Below, piece by piece: positions 37,925 to 46,080 of a stretch of 46,080 nucleotides of DNA. The stretch comes from Oopsacas minuta. Lineage: Eukaryota; Animalia; Porifera. Where the stretch lies: NCBI GenBank assembly GCA_024704765.1, contig JAKMXF010000054.1, positions 1-46,080 of the forward strand, in the 5' to 3' direction. The position numbers were made by a program, and so were the translations under genes. Numbering within the stretch: the stretch's first letter is position 1; every line of letters starts with the position of its first letter. The notes beneath the pieces are model-generated. The model did not search any database and had not been told where the DNA came from. It saw only the letters and a list, made by a program, of their open reading frames with translations.

Positions 37925-39232
37925 CAGGGTGTCAATTAAGTTCTGGTACATAAAGTTTATCACTGGTATAGCAACAGTTATTATCGAACTATATTTTAAA
38001 CAGTTGCTAAGCGTTTGCGTAGGTTATGTTGTTGAAATTTTCATTTAATATCTAAATTCTCATGCAAACTTCAGAATCCCGCCCCAATGGCGGCAATTCG
38101 ATCAAGAATTATTGAATCATTTATTGCTGGGAAGTCTCAGAAAGAATTTAACGCAACCTGAAGGATGAATTAGTCAATCGGCAACTGGTTTATCCCACCA
38201 TCAAGCGATATAAAGATACTGGTTCTGTGCTAGACCACCCAAGAAGTGGGCGTCCGACATCAGTTTTCACCCACAGCTCAAGAAAAAGATAGCTAGCCAG
38301 ATTACTCGAAATCGGCGGCGGTCTATCAGAAAATTGCTCGTGATTTTTCAATTAGCCACGAATCCGTTAGAAAGTGGTACGTAATGATCTAGGACTAAAG
38401 TCTTTGAAACGGCAAACAGGACACCATCTAACTGCAGTTCTAAGGCAAGAAAAGATTTCAAAGATCGAAAAACTTCTAGCTCGGCTCGCAGTGGGTGCTG
38501 AGAATAACATACTATTTTCAGACGAGAAAATTTTTACAGTTGAGGAGGCACATAACTCCCAGAATGATCGTATTCTGGCTCCATCATCTAAAAGCGTCAA
38601 TGAGGAAGAAAAGTTCGTTGATCGGGTGCAAAAACCAAAATATTTGATGGTATGGGCCGGTGTGTCTGCCAACTGTCGGACATGTCTAATTTTTTCCCCC
38701 AGGGGGTAAAGATTGACTCAATAACTTACAAAGAACTAGTCTTGGAGTCAGAAGTGAAACATGCCGGATTAAACTTATTCGAAAACGAGGACTGGATCTT
38801 CCAGCTGGATTCTGCTCCTGCTCACACCTCAAAAGCCACTCAATCGTGGTTACGGACTGAAAATATTGAATTTATTTCAAAGGAAGAGTGGCCACCCTCA
38901 AGTCCAGATCTTAACCCACTTAAGTATTCTATATGGAGGACACTACAAACAAGGGCATGTGCAAAGCCTCGAAAGAGTTTAAAATCTCTACGCAAAGCCC
39001 TCATTCGGGAATGGCAAAAAATACCTTAAGAGGAGCGGCGAGATTCTATACACCAGTTTAAGGGACGACTTAGGGCCGTAGTTAAGAAGAAAGGTGGCTA
39101 TATAGAATAATCAATGCTATTAATTTATCATGACTAAAGTTTAAGTAGATTTCGAAATTATTAGCTTAATCGCTCAACTACTTTGGAAGTTATGCCAATT
39201 TTACTATGTACTAGAACTTAATTAACACCCTG
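37925..39232 (+). mobile_element. Full-length degenerate maT-type (DD37D) transposon
   Basis: TIRs CAGGGTGTCAATTAAGTTCTGGTACATA and reverse-complement CAGGGTGTTAATTAAGTTCTAGTACATA, TA TSD. ILFSDEKIFTVEE; FQLD followed by 37 residues to the third catalytic position of SPDLNPL(K), where the Asp is mutated to Lys. Confidence 0.92.
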
Positions 39233-39239
39233 TACAATC

Positions 39240-39722
39240 ACAAGTGTGAAGTTGGCAGAGTAATCGACCAGTAGTGCTTCAACCATCGAATTAACTAACT
39301 TCACATGGCCAGAATGTAAATATTTTTGGACCATTTGTAAGAAGAGATACAGACATTTCTGAAATGAATCTATATTGTACAAACTTCAAGTTTTTTAATT
39401 GAAATTGGTGCATCTGACTAACAGTAATTCACATGAATTTAGTATCATCAAACAAATATTTTCCAGAAATCATGGTCATATATTCCTGCTTTATGGACGT
39501 TTATGTGTTTAAAATATGATTTTTAAATCGTCATAACTTATTGAAATATTTAGGTTTGAAAAGCTGGCTGGTTTGAGATGAGTCTCTAATAGGATTGTAT
39601 TAAGCACACGAATTTAATGAAACATTCTATTCCATTCTAACTGTGCTAACACATACAGATTACTGCAATATCAACTGTTTGATCTTAATTGACTCATTAT
39701 GAATAACTCAATGAATTACTCA
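39240..39722 (-). pseudogene. Copy 2 of the ~480-bp integrase-like dispersed repeat, wedged between the maT and mariner insertions
   Basis: Minus frame KYLHSGHVKLVNSMVEALLVDYSANFTLV; colinear with 12914-13390. Confidence 0.45.
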
Positions 39723-39732
39723 ATGAATTATA

Positions 39733-41028
39733 CAAGGGTTGTTCAATAAATAATGAGACTTTCTTTTCATAATTCATATAGTAAACCTATACTTATCATA
39801 ATTGATTATCAAATGTTTTAATAAATTCCCCCTTAACTTTATACATCGTTTCCATCGCTCTGGTAACTTTTCCAGCCCAGTGGTATAGAATTCTTTAGGG
39901 GTCCCTTTCTCCCACTGTTATTTCATACTCCAGCCGTTTGAAATCCTCAAATCTCTTCCTTTGAAGAGGTCACTTCATCCCTCCAAACAGCCAGTAGTCG
40001 CTGGGAGCCAGGTCTGGACTATACGGGGATGAGGGAGGCATACGAATCCTAAGTCGTCAATTGCAGCCATTGTCTTGGAGCTTACATGGGACCTTGCGTT
40101 GTCATATTGCAGCAATACGCCACGTGTCAACTTACCTCGCCTCTCACGTAAATCGCTTGACGCAATTCTTTCAATTCGTCAACGTAATAATCACTGTTTA
40201 TGGTTGTCTTCCAGACAACAAGTCGAGGGGCATAATTCCTTCCCTCTCCCAAAATACTGTTGCCATTCTCTTCCCTGCTGATTTTGCGGCCTTTACCTTG
40301 ATGGCTACAGGTTCATTTCATCTCTTCTACTGTTTCGATTGAGTATTGCTCTCTGGTTCATGATAATGAAATCAAGTTTCATCCCCAGTTACTATACGAT
40401 CCAAAAGTCTTCCTCTGCCTTGCATCTTGAAGTAACTCTTTGCTAACTCTGACCCTTTCGCGTTTTTGTTCTTTTGAAAGAAGTTTTGGGACCCAACGGG
40501 GAGTTACCTTCGACATTACCAGATCTTCAATGATAATCGAGTGTAATGTGGCTTTGATATACCTACCCTCTCTTCTAACTCTTGCAGGGTTATTCGCCTG
40601 TCCTCATCCAAAACTGTTTGGACCCTCTCGATATTACTGCGGGTTTTTGAGGAAGTCGGACGACCTGGACGAGGGTCATCGTGGAGTTCCTGATCGCAAT
40701 TATCAAAACGTTCGATCCATCTATATTTGGTGGCTTTCGAAGGACATTCATCACCCAAAATATCCAACATTGCGCGAAAAATGTATGAGCCAGTCTTCCT
40801 CTTTTCCACAGGTACCAAATTATTTGTTGTTTCAATTATTTGCTAAAATCCATTAGTTGAAAAAAGTAGCCTATACAAATGAAACTTTATACATAAGAAT
40901 TTGTTAGTAGAGTAAAGGCTATATTGTTAGATAGTCAAGTTAGGCTTGTAATCTGATATTAAGCTTAGAGCTGTTAACTAGAATATGAATTTGATACATT
41001 AGTCTCATTACTTATTGAACAATCCCTG
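39733..41028 (-). mobile_element. Full-length degenerate mariner transposon
   Basis: TIRs CAAGGGTTGTTCAATAAATAATGAGACT and reverse-complement CAGGGATTGTTCAATAAGTAATGAGACT, TA TSD. Minus-strand DDPRPGRP, MATVFWE, QYDNAR, YSPDLAPSD; start codon near 40853. Confidence 0.92.
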
Positions 41029-41099
41029 TATATAACAACAACAGTATTAAAGAATTGATAATTATTAGGATTTTCGATTCATGGTATGGAGGAAACAAG

Positions 41100-41424
41100 A
41101 CCCTACAAGGATACTTTCAACTTTGGATATATACATTCCCAAATAAGGAATAGACTTGGAATCGAGAAGGCGGAAAAACTAGTGTTTACTACAGAATGCT
41201 CAATAAACAAGTATCGAAATAAACTCCAATAATATTTAAAATATATTATATTCTCATACTCAAACTGAGTTTAGATAATGCAAAAATCAACTATTAAATC
41301 ATCTGATTCTCAGTATATTTGATGTATTAGTCATAAGATCTGATAAATATTACAAAAATACAATAAAAATAAAAAAAATCCGATCTTTGTGATTTATGAA
41401 AACTCACGATTTTTATCAACCCTG
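41100..41424 (+). mobile_element. 3' end of a hAT element (dimerisation domain tail plus TIR ...CAACCCTG)
   Basis: FGYIHSQIRNRLGIEKAEKLVF, followed by an AT-rich subterminal region ending CAACCCTG at 41424; homologous to 19375-19625. Confidence 0.7.
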
Positions 41425-41879
41425 CGGGCGCCCGCCCTTAATCAATAGGAGTGTGGTGCAGGAAAATTTAGCATTCTTTCTTTTAACGACCGGTCATTGA
41501 GAGAATTTACATGTGATGAGCAAGATATTTCAGCTGTATAGTATTTGAAACATTTGGATACATGTTAAATGATGGAACATTTACTTTAAAATTTCTCTAA
41601 TTTTCCCCAAGTTGCTAAAACGAGGCCTTCTGATTGGAAGATGATATTTATGATCACTCCATTTTCCTTTACCCCAGCTTAAGTTGATATGCTAAGAATG
41701 TTAATTTTCTGGTGAAACTATGTTACTGAGGGTTGGTATTGATTCTTCGTTATAGATTTTCTAAGCGATATTTGCGATGCCATTAAAACAAATTTGTTCT
41801 ACAGATACAATAAACAGGAGGAGAACAACGTAGCCAATAATAGAAATATTTTGAAGTTGTGCTAACGGCGGATGGAAGT

Positions 41880-42290
41880 TTCTAGTCTGACCAAGCTTGA
41901 TCCTTTTAGAACTAACATGAATGTCATCAATTGATTTTCTCCTCTCTACATTTGGAACCAATATAACACCGCTTCTACATCACAGCCTGAAATAGGAAGA
42001 AATGATTGGGTGCTCTTAGGTTTAACAGGGATCCATGAAACACTTGCGCTCCCCCACTCACCATCTAAGCTCTCAATAGATTTCTTACTTTCTGAGATTA
42101 GAATATTTCAGACATTAGAGTGTATACAGAATGTCTCTTATCTTCCTCGAGATTAAGTAATCGCGCCACTTCATATGCTGCTGGATTGATAGCGTAATCA
42201 TGAAGCTTCATTTGATAGCCAATTCAAGACGTGTTTTGGGGCTTTCAGATAATACATCAGCCATCTTTAAATCGATAAGTGGAAGTTCAT
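41880..42290 (-). pseudogene. Frameshifted coding remnant, possibly a hAT-like transposase C-terminus
   Basis: Stitched frames KMKLHDYAINPAAYEVARLL ... LDGEWGS ... FLPISGCDVE ... RRKSIDD resemble the LPxSxxDVERSFS...RRxSLxD signature. Confidence 0.3.
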
Positions 42291-43241
42291 TAGGTTATCA
42301 AGTATATGGACTTGTATACTAACTCTTAATATGCAGTTCTATAAACAATTATTGTGTTATATTGGTGTAAATGACTACGTAATTACATTATATTATATCA
42401 TAGCAATGTAGATGTGAGAATGGAATTTGACAAATTATAAAATGTTACACAATGAAGCGGAATTTGTACTTTTACTATAATGTTTATATTATTTGACAAG
42501 AATATATATACTAATAATTCAGGGTGGAAACTAGTGGAAACAAATTTTTGCTGCCAACAAAATGGCTTATGACCAAGAGAAATTTCAACAAACTTTTCAC
42601 AATATTATATCTGCAATATCTGATCAACCTATTCGTTTCTGAAGAAAATGAATGATATATTCAAATCAGCGCACTCACTTTGCTTGGAAAGCATGTACTT
42701 TTCAGTGAATCTGCACAATAGTCATGAAAAAATAGAATAGAAATAATGAAGGATATGAACATGCCAAGATCCCTGAAAATTACATCGGATTCTAAGTGTT
42801 CCTTCGTTGTTTTCAGCAGAGTTCGGAAAAAATGGCCTTTACTAGAAAGACCGGGTCAGGTGGAAGAAACAAGCTTTTTTCTGGTAATAATCCGTCTTTT
42901 CTGCCTTTGTCTGCTGATGAGGTATGATTATTGATCATAAGGATAACTATGATCATTGATCATAATATCTAAATGGATATTGATTAGTTATTAGTGATAT
43001 TCTCTTTCATTATATATTATCCTAACAAACATGTCAGTTCATCAAGTTGATTTTCCAAAACTCTGTCTAACATTAGGAACCCAGTATAAAAGGGTTATAG
43101 CCCGAAATTTCAACAACAAGGGGGTATTAATAAAGCAAAATCTCTTTAGAAAAACAGTCTCTCACATGTTAAAAATGGGTCAGGAGTAAAGTCACATATG
43201 GTGTTTATGATCATAAGTGGTTTTTCCAAATTTAATGCCAT

Positions 43242-43296
43242 TTTCTGGGGAGAAAAGAGCGGTTTCTGGGGAGAAAAGAGTGGTTTCTTGGGGTGG
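43242..43296. repeat. Short tandem repeat, 21-bp unit, about 2.5 copies
   Basis: TTTCTGGGGAGAAAAGAGCGG / TTTCTGGGGAGAAAAGAGTGG / TTTCTTGGGGTGG. Confidence 0.8.
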
Positions 43297-45789
43297 ACTT
43301 TTCTCACAAACACCGGTTTTCAGACAAAATTCTGTTGGGTCCCTTTTAAAACATACTAGCTGTTTAACTGATAGCACAAAAAGTGAATATTTTAAGCATA
43401 CAATCTTACATCCTAATATCATTCAAAGTGGTGTTCATTAAGGATCTATATTACGAGTGTGAAGTTAGCAGACTATTTGCCCATGTATAACCACTAATTT
43501 AACTCACTTCCACTTATCAGATTTAAAGAATTTAACTCATTCGATAGAGGAGAGTTGAACATTTTACGCAATATGATTTTGTGTAAAATTTATGTTTTTA
43601 AAGGAATTTTTGATCAATTACGCATGCATACGAAATCATTAAAATACTCCACCTAAAAGTCAGAATTCGTTCCCGAAAATTTGTATACGCATTTGTGCCA
43701 TATGAACGTTTATGTCAATTAAATTTTATTAAATTATTTAGAAACCTCGTGGAGTTATGAGAATTCAAATTTTTGTTGGTGGTGTGCATCTAAGGGGGAC
43801 TACATAAAGTAGGATCAGTTAAAACTCATATTTCTTACGCTAAATATAACTGGAACTCAATTATTTTGATATTAAGTAATAGATGAGATGCAAAGGTTAA
43901 CAACAATATCAATTTTATCCATAAATCATTAAATTTATCACCCGCATCAACCTTCTAAAAATCGATCATTTCTGATTTTTTGTGAATTACGAGCTCCAAC
44001 TTTGAACCCAATTCTGGAAATTATTTATTAACAGAGTAGCCTCATAATTTACAGATACCTTCTTTTTTGGTATTCTATCATTCTATTCCCTTAATAAAAC
44101 ATCGGGTCGCCAGTACTTTCTTTGAGACCATTGTATTGCATACTTGTACTATGACTAAGTTGAAAGACTATCAGACGTTTACGTAATGGGAAGTCAGATC
44201 ATCCTAGTTATTATAGTTTCCATTCTAACTGTATTTCATAAACAATTCCAAAAGTTAGTGCAAGATGTGTTGAAAAATATCTATCTATATATATATTTAT
44301 TAAATACGTTAAATCATAAATGCAAAATATAATTTGAACCAGTTACATAAAAATAGTTTCAGACGTAATTACTTAAAATGTTTTTATATTTGCAATAAGA
44401 GAAGCTGAGTCACGCTAATTTTTAGTTCCATGTCAAATTCTTCTATATAATTCTGTAATTAAAATCATCAACCAATCGGTATAATTGTGTAGTGTTAACC
44501 AATATTAGAAGAACATTAGTAAATATCCGTAGAAATCATATTTCTGCTTTAAGTATTGAGAGTCAAAGCTCCAGTTCATTATTGTAAATCTGGAAGTGTA
44601 AATGCTGAAAGAAAACCATATTCAATTCTTCCATATATTTTGAAACAACATTTCGTAGATACAATACTGTACACATACATAATATTCAGGATTAAATTAC
44701 ACACAAAAGAGTTATTAGACCTCACAAGTAATAACAGCATCAATTTACACAATTAATTAGAGATTATAGTACTGTTGCGTGAGATTTTAACTCATCTATA
44801 TTAAACGACTATCGATTTGCAGGATATTCGACCAGGATCATTTCAATCACTAATTTGTCCTACTTGTACTCATCTGATTTACCCGAAATTAATATCATTC
44901 GGTAGAGGAGTGTTGGATGTTTTGTACAATATAATTTTCTTAAACATTTTTTAACTTTTGTCTTTATATTTTGTCATAACGAGTAGGGTCGTTTATCTAT
45001 TAAATAGGACGACCTGAAAAACCTGAAATTTTGTGTCTATATTTGTGACCCATGGATGTTGATGTAAATTAAATTTCTACCAAAAATACCTAAAACTCGA
45101 GGAGATACAAGTATTCAAATTTGAAGTCTGAGTTATATTGGATAGAGGTGAGTATCATTTTACAAAAAGTAGGGTCAGTTCAAATTGATATTTAATATCC
45201 CAAATCGAACTCAAACTATTATATTTTGATAACAATCGATAGCTGAGACATGGATGTATACCATTATTTCACTATAATCATGAAATTCTGAAAGATACAG
45301 TCACAATGGGGTACTAAAAATGGCATAATTGTCGTTTTTTATGTATTTCGAAATTTCAATTTAGACTCAAATTTCAAAAATAATTCTTTCACAGAATAGC
45401 CTGAAACTTCACAAGCTCCTTCTTTTATATTATATCATTCAATTTCCTTAAAAGAAAACAGGGATCGCTGGTATCATTTTAATGAATATTACAAGAATAA
45501 AATTTTGTGAAAATATGTTTTTCCACTAGCCATGTCATTATTCACATTGTCTAGTACAATACTAGATTATCTCATGAGACTAATGAGCATGACTGTTATT
45601 TACACATGAAGTAACACATGTTATAACTCTTTCTCTTGGTTCCCATTCTAATGTTGCTACAACAAACGAATAATGAAACCGCGAATTACTCATCTAATTT
45701 GATATATCTAATATTCTTAAGTCCAATCTTCATACTATGTATGTATTATGATGCAATTTTCACGGGATAATGCAACTGTGAGGTTAGCG

Positions 45790-46080
45790 GAGTATTCCAA
45801 ACGGATAACTTCACCCACTCTAAATTTATATTTGGATAAATTGACTACTCGTTCTAACTCTTTTAGTCTTTCGTCCCAGTTTAGTCATAACAATCACCAC
45901 AATTGTTATGAATAATTCTTCTTTCAATAAATGCCTTATTAAATATGGATTTAATTATTTCTACAGCTTTCCCAACCAAGTTATTAGCAGATAAGATGTA
46001 GAATTACCTTGATCTCACTTTGGCAATTTATTTGATGCCCAGGAACAGAAAGGGGAATATTTGGTAACATGTCTTTGTTA
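45790..46080 (-). pseudogene. Possible integrase C-terminal remnant (Ginger/Gypsy/Polinton type)
   Basis: GKAVEIIKSIFNKAF ... WDERLKELERVVN ... KYKFRVGEVIRL resembles xxVERxNxxIK...WxxxL...N...KFKVGDxVRI; runs off the window end. Confidence 0.3.

Noticed and set aside
45302-45330. CACAATGGGG Transib-like terminus (also CACAGTG at 37855 and 28721)
   Set aside because: No matching opposite TIR or TSD found; heptamers of this kind occur by chance in 46 kb.
45775-45830. LEYSANLTV peptide similar to LEYSANFTL in the duplicated repeat
   Set aside because: Similarity is limited to about 9 residues and flanks do not align in length; probably chance.
1-46080. CRISPR array, prokaryotic operon or uni-strand (flamenco-like) piRNA cluster
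   Set aside because: No repeat-spacer arrays or bacterial gene organisation, and TE orientations are mixed rather than strand-biased.

Overview
AT-rich eukaryotic (most likely invertebrate animal) genomic DNA; no prokaryotic genes, rRNA/tRNA or CRISPR were recognised. The only clear host coding sequence is one intact 408-bp, phase 0/0 internal exon of stomatin-like protein 2 (STOML2/SLP-2) on the minus strand (10152-10559). I could not find its neighbouring exons by eye, so it probably sits between very large introns. The rest is a dense graveyard of decayed cut-and-paste DNA transposons, many with both TIRs and TSDs still readable: a Transib/RAG1-core-like transposase remnant, two maT (DD37D), four mariner, two Chapaev3-type, Buster/SPIN-type and Ac-type hAT elements, an Academ-like remnant, and weaker ISL2EU-, Ginger-, Kolobok- and piggyBac-like pieces plus MITE/foldback elements. 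The most notable signals are the RAG1/Transib-like fossil with a nearby RSS-heptamer-like end, two different hAT elements back-to-back on one 8-bp target, a 1.6-kb TGT...ACA element with 99-bp inverted repeats, and a duplicated integrase-like fragment with third-position-biased divergence. All family calls are motif recognition from memory, not database searches.
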